A stretch of 64,000 nt of DNA from Entomortierella parvispora E1425. Lineage: Eukaryota > Fungi > Mortierellomycota. The notes below the pieces were generated by a model. That model did no database searches and was not told the DNA's origin. It saw only the letters and a list, made by a program, of their open reading frames with translations. The DNA lies in NCBI GenBank assembly GCA_020891255.1, contig BQFW01000010.1, positions 1,364,001 through 1,428,000 of the forward strand. The letters are read 5' to 3'. Every line of letters starts with the position of its first letter. Within the stretch, counting starts at the first letter, position 1. Positions 1 through 13,623 of this stretch are shown here, in pieces. Made by a program: the position numbers and the translations under genes.

Positions 1-1817
1 GGCCTCGCTCGTCTGGAACTACCTGGTCCCAAAGGCACCATTGCTCGTCGGGACAACAGTCAGCCATTACACCTACGGACCAACAAAACCGTCATGGAAC
101 ATCAAGTTTTCTCTCACCATGGCGATGGTCCAGGCATTCGCTGGTCACTTGAGCGACGTCCCTCTGAAACAGGCTCAGGCCATGTCTAGACTTAACGACA
201 AGTACGCACCTGTCCACGCAAGCGCTGACGTGTCCGAGGCAACAATCCCCAACGAGTACAGGGACAAATCAGCTGGATATCTAGATCAACTACTCACCAA
301 GGAAGGTCTCGATGCCACTAAGCTCGGCTGGGATTGGAAGAAGGATCCTCGAGCAGAGAAGCCTTTGAAGGGAGAGTGGACGGAGACCAAAGTCAAGGAC
401 GAAAACTTCAAGGAGGGACGGACAGTGCTGTATTTACATGGAGGTATATGCCCCTTTTGACCTCATCACAGAGGCGCAAGGGTGGAGTCATGTTCAAAAA
501 GTTTTTACTGACAGGTTCTTCTTTTTACAGGTGGCTACTTCCTGTGCTCTATTCGCACTCATCGATGGGCGAGTTGGAACATGGCCCGATTTGGTGGCGC
601 ACGCGTCTTTTGTAAGAAGGTTGAAAAAGCTATGCCACCACGGTCCATGATGTTCACGTTCTTGCAGTTGACTTACTGTATAATCGATATTGAATAGCCG
701 TCGATTACAGATTGGCCCCCGATTCCCCATTTCCTTCCGCTATTCATGATGCCCTGGCAGCCTACTTATATCTGATTGACCCACCAGCGAACTCAGGAAT
801 TGCCCCCGTCGACCCCAAAAACATTGTCATCATGGGCGACAGTGCTGGAGGAGGTAAGAGGGGCCCGACGTTCATCCTTGTTTGGAACAAACGTGATCAA
901 AGTACGCCAGCTCACGGATGTTTTATCTCCTTAGGTCTGACGTTTGCCACTATGTACGCCATTAAGGATTCCGGCCTCCCGATGCCAGCAGGGATCATTG
1001 GATGGAGCCCATGGTAAGCCATCGCACTCAAGATTCAGCAAAGAACGGGGCAAAGGTCCGCCAGAGCAACCAAAGACTCACCCCTTTTTTTTTCTATTGT
1101 AGGCTGGATCTCTTGCACTCTATGCCTTCTGTTCTCGCCAACGCACCCTCTGATTACCTACCCGCCGATGGTTTCACTCAGGGGAGCGAGGCGTCCTTGA
1201 AGAATTTGGCCAAACTGGTCGCTAATGCCACGGGTAACGACGAAAGAGCGATCTTGCAAACTCTTCCTTCCGTGCAATACTACGCGAATAACTCGTTGCT
1301 CCACAGCAAATACGTCTCACCGGTCATGGAAGAAAATCTTGAGGGTGCTTGCCCGATCATGTTGGTAAACCATCCTCTCCTGGCCTTTGGGCTCTAAACC
1401 GATGCAGCCCTTTGAAGATCGAAAAGTGTTTTACCACTCTTCACCTCGCTCTGGACTGATTTTTTCACTCCATCTCTCAAATAGATTGCTGGAGACGGCG
1501 AAATGCTTCGCGATGAGTCCATTGTTTTTGCTCAGAAGCACGTCCAGGCTTCCTCGCCAGTCCACGTTCGTGTCTATGACGACATGCCACATGTGTTCCA
1601 GATATTTGGATTCCTGCCCAGCGCCAAACACTCTCTTCGTGAATCGGGTGATTTTATTCGCAAGGTCACTCTTGGGGGCGAAGGTGTGGCGAACAAGAGC
1701 TTTGAGAGAATCAGCGTGAAAGGCGAGAGACGTCCCCTGGAAGATGAGGTCGTTCTGGACTGGAAGGATCGTATTGGTCGCCTAGGAGGTGGACCCAAGT
1801 TTTTGGCTAAACTCTAG
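1..1817 (+). CDS. Alpha/beta hydrolase, hormone-sensitive-lipase (Abhydrolase_3) family; multi-exon, 5' end outside the window
   Basis: Spliced ORF pieces give LHGGGYF (HGG split by an intron at ~444-530), VDYRLAP, the GDSAGG nucleophile motif and MPHVFQ (catalytic His); stop at 1817. The frame is open from the window start. Confidence 0.9.
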
Positions 1818-3919
1818 TTATGAAAAAAAGCACAAATATACCATTTTTACACCAACGATTCAAAAGACAATGACGGCACCACAATGGAAGCAAGTCTACT
1901 AACGGGTCAAAAGAATGAGGTAGATTAGCCAACACCAGATGCAATAGAAGTTGCCTCAATGACATGGATAAGAGCATCGATCGCCATCACCGTACGAGTG
2001 GTGCAAGAACTCAATGCAGGCACATGGTCTGTAGTTCATATAGCTTAATTCAGCGGTGTCTGCTAACATGTCAAAGATCGGCATGGGAACCAACAGTTTC
2101 TTGGGGAAAAAAAACTTTGGCGCCTGACTACAAATCGATGGAAAAAGACAGTTGCGTCGAGCAAGACTCTCTTTTTTTTTTTTTTTTTATGTCCACGAGT
2201 AAACAGATGCTCAACACTGAGAACGCCGTTGTGCTGATTTGTGCGCGTGTTGCAGCTCGGAGTTGGATCCGAGGGCGAAAAAGTCTTGTGGATCTGGTGC
2301 TGCAAGAATCGATGCGACCATCGTCCTGTACCAAGATTTATCCGGATGGCTCATCAAGAGGGCTGTCTCTTGCTCATGCAACTGCACTTGTGACCAAGTA
2401 CATTTTGTGTTCAAACAACAATACAATCGCCCCATTTCAAAAGATACCACGCTGACCCTCCTGGGAAGATCGCACTTTGCTCTCACCATCGCGGGAATGA
2501 AGCAAGTTTTGTCCAGATGGATAATTTTGGCTACATTTGTGTTTTGGACAACAATGAATCTTCTGCTGGACAATGGCGTCAACCAAACTCATCCAACTCT
2601 TTTGGCTCGTCGCGCACAGCTCACCTTTCGCTCGAACTGATTATTGTAAAGTATTGAGGGTGGACAGTGGATTAAGAAACTCGATGGTGAGTAGGTCGAG
2701 GCGCCGATAGTCCTACATCGGCAGGTGCCGTTTGACACAATGGACGGAAGCGATCCGCCTGGATGAAGGACTATCGAATCAGCAGCCTCCAAAATATGCA
2801 AGATCATGGTTTACCTTCGCCCTCTTCTTGTTTCGTTTACATTTATCGTACTTGTACCTGAATTATTTTTTTTTGCCCACCAATCAAGCAGGGTATGCAG
2901 CACGCGCTCGCCCTCGGAGACGCTTCCGGGCGCAAAAGGCACCTTGATTTCGGAAGGCCCATCATGGGTAAACACGCCCTTGCTTGAAGTAAGGTTCTGC
3001 AGATGAGGGCAGCAGCACAAAATTCAACAAAACTGGACAGTCCTGGGCTTTCCGGCCCTTGCGCGATTGGCCGAGGGAGAACAGCAAATTATCCATCACA
3101 AGAAAATTGTGCCATCAGACAAGAGCGGCTCTCATTTTTTTTTTTTTGGCCTCGCTCTCCAGGCCAGGGTTGACTCAACAAGCCGCGGGAACTCGAGGGA
3201 GGGACCCTATTTGTTCATAGATACAGCACTGGAAGAAAAAACGGCATGCAGTTCGTGTCGAGATGTGGCACTCCCACCTCCTCCTTTGAGGCATCGTAAT
3301 CATCCGTCGACTGCTAAAAGGACAAACCAGGGGCGTGCGTGCGGCAACCCCCCCAAATGTCACTTGTACAGTACATGGCAGCCCCATTCTCCGCTTGGAA
3401 AATTCGACAGAGCAGCCTGGCCGCGAAGGAAAGAGTAGAGGTGGAACATATCATCCATCTCCTTGAGGAAGACAAGGATAGGAGCCAATGGCAATCCGGT
3501 TGTTCAGAGCTCCATGAGAACATCAACAAATAGAAGGATGGCCAATCAAGCGACTCGGGGGTGTCCTCCTGCTCTTTTTTTCCATATTTGTCCAACCTTG
3601 AGCAAAATTGAAGGTTCTGTCCAATTGTGGGTATGAGAGACATAATGAGTGCATGTAGTCCACCATGACATCCAGTAGTGGAACATCCCTGGTGCGAACA
3701 GGCTCAGGCAGACATGATTTACTCACAGTTAAGCTGTTACTGAGTACCCGAGACTTGCGCCCTCGCCCTGTCTTGGGGCTATAAAGACGCCCATTGCCCA
3801 CCCCCGTTCCTGTTTCTGTGTCTACTTTTCGAGTTCCCACCTCCCGATCAAGGCCTTCTTTTCTCCCTCTCTACCCCTTTCCTTCCCTCTCCCTTCCTTC
3901 CGTCCGTCTTCTCTCCACA

Positions 3920-6306
3920 ATGGAAGAGACAAAACACGAATATCCTGCAGATAAGCTGGGCTACGTCGACGAAAAGAATATCGTGGACAACGTCGACCTT
4001 GCAGAGGATGCTGACAATGAGAATTCACGCATCGAAGCCGTCCGCTTGGGTAAGGATCACAGTGCACCCCTAGCTCTCAAGACTACTTCAACATCAATGG
4101 ACCACTGACACTTTTTGTCTTTGTTTGAACAGTCGTTCCCATTACCGATGATCCCACCCTCGCCGCCATCACGTTCCGCTTTTGGACCATCTCTTTTATC
4201 TTCTCAGTCATCGGTGCCGTCATCCAGCAGTACTACTTCTTCCGTTCGACCAGTGGTACCTTCTCCATCTACTTCGTGAACCTGGTCTCTTACGGTATGG
4301 GTAAAGCCATGGCCCGTACTCTTCCCATGCGCAGTATCTCCATCGGAAGTTTCTCGATGTCGTTCAATCCTGGACCCTTCAACTTGAAAGAGCACGCTCT
4401 CATCTCTATTGCCGTCAATACCGCTGCCAACGCTGCCTACGCCATCGATATCTTGTCTGCTATGGATTTGGAGTTAAACCACCGCATTGGAACCCTTGGT
4501 GCTTTGCTCCTCCTCCTTACAACCCAATGCGTCGGTTATGGTATGGCTGGTGTTCTCCGCAAGTACCTGGTCTACCCTGCCGAGATGGTCTGGTGGCCCA
4601 ACTTGGTCCAGGTCGTCTTTTTCAACGCCATCCATAACACAGACGAGTTCAAGAGCAAGAAAATGGTCCGCGGATGGTCTTACATGAAGTTCTTCTGGGT
4701 TGTTTCTGGTGTCCTCTTCCTCTGGGAATTTTTCCCCCAGTTCATTGCTCCCATTTTCGGTTATATCGACTGGATTTGCTGGATCAAACCATTCGACTAT
4801 AACTTCTGGGCCATTTTCTCTTCCATATCTGGTGGTGGTGTTTTCTCCATCTCTTTGGACTGGACTTCAATTGGTGGCTCCACCTTGTACTTCCCCCTCT
4901 ACGCTATGTTGTGTAATTTTGGCGGAAATATTTTGTCGTACTGGATCCTCCTTCCTGCCCTTTGGATGACCAACACCCTCGGAACCAAGGCAATCGGCCA
5001 CCCGTTGACGTCTAAGTTGTTCCACGTCGATACCAGCGCCCCTTTCAATATCACGCCTTACCTCAACCCTGACTACTCCTTGAACGAAGAAAAGTTTGAA
5101 GCCGAAGCCGGTGCTGTCAAGATGTCGCCTATGTACGCGATCAACTTCTTCCTTTCATTTGTCGCCCTTGCTGGATGTGTCTCCCAGATCATCTGCTTCC
5201 AAGGACCTCAGATTTGGAAGGCTTGGAAGTCCGCTATCAGCGGCGACGAGGAGGATATCCACACCAAGATGATGAGGGTCTACCCCGAGGTTCCACAGTG
5301 GTGGTACGGCCTCTTTTACCTCATCATGGTCGCTCTCGCCATCGTAACCTGCGAGTGCTATGGCCTCGAGCTTCCTTGGTGGGCCCTGCTGATTTCCTTG
5401 GCTATTGGATGGGTCATGACCCTCCCAATCGGCGCTATGCAGGCCATCACTGGATTCCAACCCGGTTTGAACGTCATCACTGAGTTGATCTGCGGCTATA
5501 TGCTGCCTGGAAAACCGATTGCGAATATGGTCTTCAAGTGCTACGGTTACATGTCCATGTACCAGTGTACCACACTCTTATCGGATCTCAAGCTTGGTCA
5601 CTACATGAAGATCCCTCCTCGCAGCTTGTTCATTGCTCAGTTCTACGGTACCGTCATTGGTGCCATCATCAACTACTACACCATGATCCTGATTATCAAC
5701 GCTCATCGTTCCTGGCTCAATGGTGTTGGCCAAGGTGACCCCTCTGGTCTGTGGACCGGATACAATGTCCAGACATACTGGGGCTCTGCTCTCATTTACG
5801 GAGCTTTGGGGCCACAGCGTATGTTTAGCAATGCTGGTGGATACGGCTTCATCTTCTATGGTTTCTTGGTCGGTGCTATCATTCCCATTATCCTTTGGGC
5901 CCTTTCCAAGAAATTCCCCAAGGTTTCCTGGGAAAAGTTCAACATCGCCATCATTGCCGGAGGTATGTCTGCCTACCCCAACGGTTACTCCATGGGTATT
6001 TTGGGAGGAACCGTGACCGCCATTCTCTTCCAATTTTACCTTTTCCGTTACCATAAGGCCTGGTGGCAGAAGTATACCTTCATCTTGTCGGCTGCCTTGG
6101 ATACAGGCGCGGCTTTCACAGGACTTTTCATCTTCTGCTTCCTTGGAGGCGGTCTCTCACCAAAGCTCGCAGTTTCCATGCCTTCGTGGTGGGGCAATCA
6201 CATTACCGCCGAGGGTAACAATGCTCCTTATCTCGCTGTCGACCGTTGTGGCGCTGCTATTAACCCTGACGGTAGCCAAAACTGGACCAGTGGAACGACG
6301 CTGTAA
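3920..6306 (+). CDS. OPT: Oligopeptide transporter, OPT family (paralog 1); exons 3920-4049 and 4133-6306
   Basis: EAVRL|VVPITDDP N-terminal motif, NPGPFNLKEH, LKLGHYMKIPPR and many TM segments; GT..AG intron at 4050-4132; TATA-like tataaa near 3780. Confidence 0.96.
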
Positions 6307-8070
6307 GCTAGCCTAGTGTCCATTATTTGCTTACAATAATAATAAACAACTTTGAAATGACAAAAAGTAAACTGTGATCATCTACAGTCTCTCTTTCGAG
6401 CGGAAGGCACCTTTTCAGAATGTCTCATACAGACATATAGTACATAGTACTTATCTTTGGTAACAAGGGCGGGTTGAAGACGCGTTGTCTACGTTCAGAA
6501 ATGACGTTTTGAAGATCGCGGACTGCATGCATATTTGTTGCACAGGACTTCGTATTTTTTTTTTTTTTTTTTTTTTTCTTATTTCATCACGATGTGTATT
6601 TTGCTTGTCGCTTTTGGCATTTCGGATAACTCTTCCGAAAGTGAGTACCCAGCGCTTCCACTTCACCTTTGAATCTTGTGTAAAGGAAAGGACTCTTCTA
6701 CAGATACTCTTCAAAGGAGGAGAAGGCGAAATTGTTCCGAATGATGCGTTATAGTTAAGAGTGAGACTCTTGTCAAAAGTACGCCTCTTCTCTCATTCCA
6801 AACTGTCACCTTCCTCAGCCTTAGGGTGCATTGGACTAATATGACTAATGTTCACGCCCATGCACACACTGTACATGTACTTGGAAGAACACCTGGAAAT
6901 AACCGCAAACAAAACCAGAGCTGAGATTAAACTCACGTTTGCGCTGTGGATTGGTTTTACGCCCTCCCGGTCTCTTTTTCCTTTTTTTTTCCTCTTCTTT
7001 GGGTGCTTTGCAACAATGTGCACACGGTTGACCTCACCCCCATTTTAACTGGCCCTCCTCAAAGTTTCTAGGTGCAGGATGGTTCACAGCAAAAGGCCGT
7101 AGGCAAAACCTTGATGTCTGGGTTCCTCCGAAAGGTCTCTGTGAGAAAAAAACACCAAATTTCATTGGTCAATTGCCACGCGGGTAAATTTGCCATCCAG
7201 TGAAAAAAAAAAAAGAAAAAAAAAGAGGAATGAGCTGTTGCGCTCTTGACGGAACAGAGACCGGACGCACCCCGCTTTGAGTCGGCGTCTATTCTGCGAT
7301 GTCTAAGCGACGCGTCCCTAAAAGATTACTGTCGATCATCATTGAAAGTGGATGGTGCCATTTTTCAAGGGAGGTCTGCGGCAGCAATATGCCAGAGGGA
7401 AAGGAACAACTGCCCTCATTTACATACGGTGCCCGTTCTTCTTTTTTTTTTTTGGTTGCAAAAATCAAAATTGATGCCCCTTTACACGGTACACACATGA
7501 ATCAGTTTGGTGCGCCCAGATCTTTGTGGGCGAGGTGCATCAGCACCCTAATTTCTGGACTTCACTACAGTACCTTGCTCATCGTGGTTCTTCCGGACGC
7601 AACAGCACGCTCCTCCGCTGCCCCTTGTTCAGAAGATTATTGTAAAGTTGTTCTCTTTGCTCAAGAGTAAGCTTTAAAATGAGCCTCTGCGTGTGTGTCT
7701 TGTGCTACAATGTCACAGGGAAAGGCATGAAATGCAGTGAAAAACAAAGGGTTGTGATTGGTCTGTCATCGAGGAAATTCGCAGGAAAGGGTGACCAAAA
7801 GGACCGAGGAAAGGACCGGGAAAAGCAGCTGACCATCATCAGTCCATGGAAAGAAAAAGACACTTTTACCCGCTATGTGGATGTTGACTAGCGTGTGAGC
7901 GTTCGGCCTTGTTTGATGTGTTCTCATGAAGGGCGATTGGCAGCCGCCTTCCTGACGGTTTTTGTCAGCCCTGCTGACCAGCTACTTGCTTCTATGCTCG
8001 TAAAGCCCTTTCCAGATTCATTTCATTGGCAACAGCAGGACTCCCTTCCATAAATGATCCCGCTCTTGCC

Positions 8071-8110
8071 GATGTAAGTTCATGTAAGTTCGTGTAAGTT
8101 CTTGTAATTG
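8071..8110 (+). repeat. 10-bp tandem repeat (xxTGTAAGTT x3 plus one degenerate copy) upstream of OPT paralog 2
   Basis: gatgtaagtt catgtaagtt cgtgtaagtt cttgtaattg. Confidence 0.8.
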
Positions 8111-8706
8111 TTGGGTCTAGATGGAGGGCGGTTGGATAAAAAAACATGAACACAAGGAACAAAGACAACAGATAAACTCTGTCCAAAAACATGAGAGCGC
8201 GCCTTCTGTTTACCGAAAACACGCCGTACAATTGGACCAGCGCACAAATGCCATGGTAGTTCAAGGTCAAGTGTACCGACCGGACAAAAAAAAACGTCAG
8301 TTTCTCAGACAATGGTCGCATCTCTCTGAAAAGAGTGCAGCGAATGGTGCTCTCACTTTTCTCACTTGATTTGAGTAAATGGACATGTTTACTCCAAACC
8401 AGTCAATGGGTTCAACCGAAAAGGAAACAAGACGGCGGATGCCTCTCCGGACTTCCGCTTCTTTAAGCCATTTTTCAGTCCACGCGCGCACTTTAATGAC
8501 ACTCCTGTGAAGGAAAGGAAGGTCACTCTCCACTATAAAAGCCCAGTGGTTCGCCAGCTTTCTGCTAGTCCCTTGTCCTGCTCCTTGAGAACTCATATCC
8601 CCTCGGCGACCACTCCTCTTCTCTCCCCCTTCTCCTTCCCTCCCCCTCCGTTCCCCCTCTCCCCCATCACCCAGGTCGACTCGTCGCCCACAACCTATTT
8701 CTCATC

Positions 8707-11111
8707 ATGAGTTTCGCACAAGAGTACTCGGATGAAAAAGTCGTCGAAGAAAGCAACAAGTTCTACGCTGACGAAAAGGCCGAAGTGCCTCAAGATCTCC
8801 CTCTAGAGGAGGAAGAGATCGAAAACTCGAAGATTGAAGCTGTTCGCCTTGGTAGGTTTCCTTAGCTCTTGAAGTACCAGTCTAGCCCAAGGCGCCAAGC
8901 TGACAACTGAACTCGTTTGATTTCTTTCTCTTGAACTTCCATTTAGTCATCCCTGTGACCGATGATCCAAGCTTGCCCGTCCTTACCTTCCGGTTCTGGA
9001 TCTTCTCGCTCTTCTTTGGTGCAATTGGTGCGATCATCAACCAGTACTACTACTTCCGTACCACTAGTGGCACTTTCCCTATGTTCTTTGTCAACTTCGC
9101 TACCTACGCCATGGGCACGGCACTCGCCCGGATCCTCCCTACAAGGTCATTTACCATTGGTGGATTTTCTATGTCGTTGAACCCTGGTCCCTTCAATGTG
9201 AAGGAGAACGCCATGATTTATATTGCTGTGGGAACTGCCGCCGGCTCTGCCTATGCCATCGATATCCTGGTGTGTACGGATTTGTACTTGAATGAACGCA
9301 TGAACGCCTTAGGCGCGTTGATCCTTTTGATCACCACGCAGTGTCTTGGCTACGGCATGGCCGGCATGCTTCGCAAGTACTTGGTTTACCCTGCTGAAAT
9401 GGTTTGGTGGGGTAACCTGGTACAGGTTGTCTTCTTCAACGCCCTGCACAATACGGACGAGTTCAAGGCCAAGAGAATGGTCCGCGGTTGGTCCTACATG
9501 AAGTTCTTCTGGGTGGTGTGCGGCATCACATTCCTCTGGGAACTCATCCCTCAGTGGGTTGGTCCTGGCCTGGTTTACTTCGATTGGATCTGCTGGATCA
9601 AACCGTTCAACTTTGACTTCTGGGCCCTCTTCTCTTCCACGGCTGGAGGCGGTATCATGTCTTTGTCCTGGACCTGGACATCGATCAACGGGGCTACCTT
9701 GTGGACCCCCCTGTACTCGCAGCTTTGCTCTTACGGAGGCGCTATTCTGTCTTACTGGATCGTTTTGCCAGCCTTGTGGTTGACAAACACACTCAATGCC
9801 AAGACTTACGGTGTTCCTCTGTCCTCGCATCTTTTCTACGGCAACGGGTCGAGCTTCGATGTGACCGCGTACCTGGAAAGCGACAACACCCTGAACGAAG
9901 CCAAGTACGATGCCGGCCCACCAGTTTCGATGACACCCATGTACGCGCTCAACTTTTTCTATTCTTTCATCTCTTTGGGTGCCTGTGTCGCCCACATCGC
10001 GGTCTTCCATGGAAGAGAGGTCCTGGACACTTTCAGATCCATCTCTCATACCAGGAACACCGAGGACATCCACACCAAGTTGATGAAGGTCTACCCGGAG
10101 GTTCCCCAGTGGTGGTACGCGGTCTTCTATGTGGTGATGCTCGCCCTTTCGATCGTTGTCTGCGAATGCTATGGTCTTCAGCTTCCTTGGTGGGGATTGC
10201 TTGTGGCTGTGATCATTGGATGGGCCTTGACCTTCCCTATTTGCGCCCTGACTGCCATCACAGGCAATGGACCCGGGTTGAACGTCATCACGGAGTTGAT
10301 CTGTGGCTATATGCTCCCTGGAAAACCTATCGCCAACATGACTTTCAAGTGCTATGGCTACATGGCGATGTACCAGTGTTTGAGTCTCTTATCGGATCTT
10401 AAGCTCGGTCACTATATGAAGATCCCCCCTCGTGCCATGTTCGTCGGTCAGGTCTGGGGCACGATTGTGGGTGCAGTGTTCAACTACTTCACCATGATCA
10501 TTATCATCAACGCACGTCGTCCCTATCTTAATGGCACAGAAGCGGACCCCAATGGACTCTGGAGTGGCTACCAATCCGATATTTACTGGGGCTCGGCTCT
10601 TATCTTTGGTGCTTTGGGACCCAAGCGTATGTTCGACCCACACGGATCTTACGGCTTTGTCTTCTGGGGATTCCTGCTCGGAGTCGTTTTGCCACCTATG
10701 CTTTGGGCCCTTAACAAGAAGTTCCCCTCGAGCAAATGGCAAAAGTTCAACGTTGCTCTTATTGCCGGAGGCATGTCTTCCTTCCCCAACGGCTACGCTA
10801 TCGGTATCCTCCCTTCGTTGATTGTCTGCGTGATCTTCCAGTGGTTTATCTGGAAGTACAACAGAAGCTGGTGGAAGAAGTACACGTTCATCCTCTCGGC
10901 ATCGTTGGATACAGGCGCGGCCTTGACAGGTCTAATGATTTTCTTCTTCTTGGGCGGAGGTGTGAGCCCCAAGTTGTCGGTGGAGGTACCTTCGTGGTGG
11001 TTCAACCATTACAACGCGACCGATGAAAATTTCCCCAATTATCCTTACCTCGACGTCAACCATTGCGGCGCCGCTGACGGCCTGTGGACGGGTGGTATTA
11101 CTGATAAGTAG
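8707..11111 (+). CDS. OPT: Oligopeptide transporter, OPT family (paralog 2); exons 8707-8851 and 8947-11111
   Basis: MSFAQEYSDEK...ENSKIEAVRL|VIPVTDDP; NPGPFNVKEN; KIPPR; intron at the same position as in paralog 1; tataaaa at ~8534. Confidence 0.96.
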
Positions 11112-11353
11112 TAGGCGATAAATATGTCTGTAGTATTTATCGGAGACGTTGCAATAAAACGAACAAAAAAAAAAAAAAAAAGGTGCTGTTGAAATTGACG
11201 TCGAAGAACCAAACTTCGAATAAAAATAAAAAAAAGTATTATAACAGACAGTAGCATCTGCTTCTTCTTCAGTCATTTCAAAGCAAGTCGACATTTTGCC
11301 CGTCCTTTCCATCCCTCTTTCGATTAGCAACGCTCCCTTCTCTCAATCTCAAT

Positions 11354-13623
11354 ATGAGCCAGCACAGTACCATTCGTGGACACCCCGAGGAGGACATGAG
11401 AATGACAGAGGCAAAGGAAGCCGCTGGCGGATCAGATGCTGCTCCGGCCGGATCGAAAAAGCCAATCTCCATGGATGCCTACCATCAACTTCAACAAAAA
11501 AGAAAGCAGGAACAGCAGCAGCAGCAACAACAATTTCAAAAGCACAGCCAAGGGCAGGCAACGGAGGGTCATCCTGGTCATCTTCATGACGAGGCAACAA
11601 CGACTTTGCAACCTTCATTGGACGCTTTGGAACAGATTGTGAGCATGGTCCAATCTACGGTGCAAGTCATGCCCTCAGTGCAATCGCCACTCCAAGAGGT
11701 GCAGTTGCCTGGACCTGATCTTGCCAGCATTATCTTTGGAAGTTCGACCCAAGCAGGACTAGCTACGTCAATGGATTCTGCCTCTACAACGGCAACAACC
11801 AATGGCCATCCCGTCATTCCTGGCAACAATGGCAACCAAAGCAGCGGTCATTCCAGTGCGGGTCCACACAGAAAAAGCACCTCAGGAAGTGGCTCGTCTG
11901 TCAGTACTACAAGTGCTAACAACTTGCACCCCAGAACAACTTCACCGCCGACACAGGCCTCTGGATCTTCGGGAAATCAAAAAAATGCGGCAGCAAAAGG
12001 TCCTAAGGCTATTCACGCCATCGAGCTGATTCGGATTGCAGGAGAAATTCTACAGTTGTAAGGATGGTGCCAAGCTACAGTGAACGCAGAGCAACTCGTT
12101 GGCACTCATCGCCTCAACTTCAGCTGACCACAATGATCTTACTGTCCACGAATAGCCCTCCTGCAACAGTAGGCACCGCGCTAATCTATTATCACAAATA
12201 CCGAGCCTACCTCTACCAGTCAATCAAAAAAGGGGAGCGAGACAACGAAGCATCGAAAGCCGATGAATATGTAAAGATACCAGCGACTATATGAGTTGGA
12301 CGTAAACACCTTCAAGTGGTGCTGACCTCCTTCATTCTTCACTCGTTACCTTTATTTTAATAGCTCTTTGCAACAGCTTGCCTGCACTTGGCTAGCAAAT
12401 GTACAGAAGTCAGTCGCAAAGTACGGGATTTAGTCAATGTTACCTACAGGGTCATGAACCCTGGACAGCCCGTTCTTTCCTTGTCAACAAAAACTAGCGA
12501 CACAGAAGAATCCATCACGGACCCAACATCATTCCACTCACACGAGACACTATCACCCAAATCAGCACCGCCGCCAACCGCCACAACGTATTGGCATATT
12601 CGAGATTCACTTCTAACAACTGAGCTGATGCTTCTTCGGATCCTTCAGTTTGATCTGGATGTCTCTCTGCCCTTCAATGATGTTCTTCGGATATACAAGG
12701 GCATGGGTCTTGTATTCAATCCAACTGATGAAGAGGCTGCACAGCTCTACCCAAGCGTATCCAATTTTGATGTATTCTTACCCATGGATATGAGCAACAA
12801 AGGATCATGGAATGAACCTGTGGATGTATCGTCTTCATCGCCTAACAAATATGGAACGCCTGCATCCTCGCTGTCGACATCCACCGCCAACCCTGGGCAT
12901 CCTTCTGCTATACCTACAGCCCATGCAGGGATTCATCCAACATTGTCAGCATTGGTCCAAATCTCTATCACTTTTTGCATCGATGCGCTCTGTAATTCCG
13001 GGATCGCACTTCAGTCCTCCAGTCGGGCATTGGCTATGGGCTCCATCTATCTGGCGGTGCGATCAGCGCAGTTAGAACTGCCAATGCCATTTGAGGACTG
13101 GTGCTATGCATGGGGCAGTCCGCAGATCGCAACAAGTTTTGGGATGGCGGGAGCAGGCGTCGGTAGTAACGGTGGAGCATTCGGTAGTACAGGAGGATCC
13201 TCTATTGTCGGTCTAGGAGGCTCAGGCTCCAATACAAATCCCAGTTCAGGAGGGAATAGTGGCACAAGCATGAACGGCGTCATGGGATTGACGAGCACAA
13301 ACTCTTTGTTTGTCTCTGCCCCACGACCCGCATCATCAATCTCGGATACTTTGAGCAGTCAAGCAGTATCGTTTGCAATGGACGGAATCGAATCGGCCAC
13401 GCCAACCCTGAATGGAGTGAATGGCAGTCTTAGTGGTGCGAATGCAAGCAGCAGAGACCCGACCTATTCGCAAACACACTCCCCGCTCTTGTCCAGTTCG
13501 AACTCCCCGGCCCTCCAGAGTCCCATCGACCCAGATTTCCAGCAACAGCCACAACCACAGCAGACATTCGTCGATGAAGTTCGAAAGGTGGTCCAAGAGT
13601 TGGCTAGCTTTTATACTCATTGA
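11354..13623 (+). CDS. Transcriptional-type cyclin (Cyclin_N fold), closest by eye to cyclin Q/M (FAM58A) and cyclin L; exons ~11354-12057, 12156-12270, 12364-13623
   Basis: TVGTALIYYHKY, LFATACLHLASKCTEVSRKVRDLVNV, YWHIRDSLLTTELMLLRILQFDLDVSLP; low-complexity Q/S/G-rich flanks. Confidence 0.8.

Noticed and set aside
1964-3500. Several overlapping 70-160-aa ORFs on both strands
   Set aside because: No coherent splice model, codon bias or recognisable domain.
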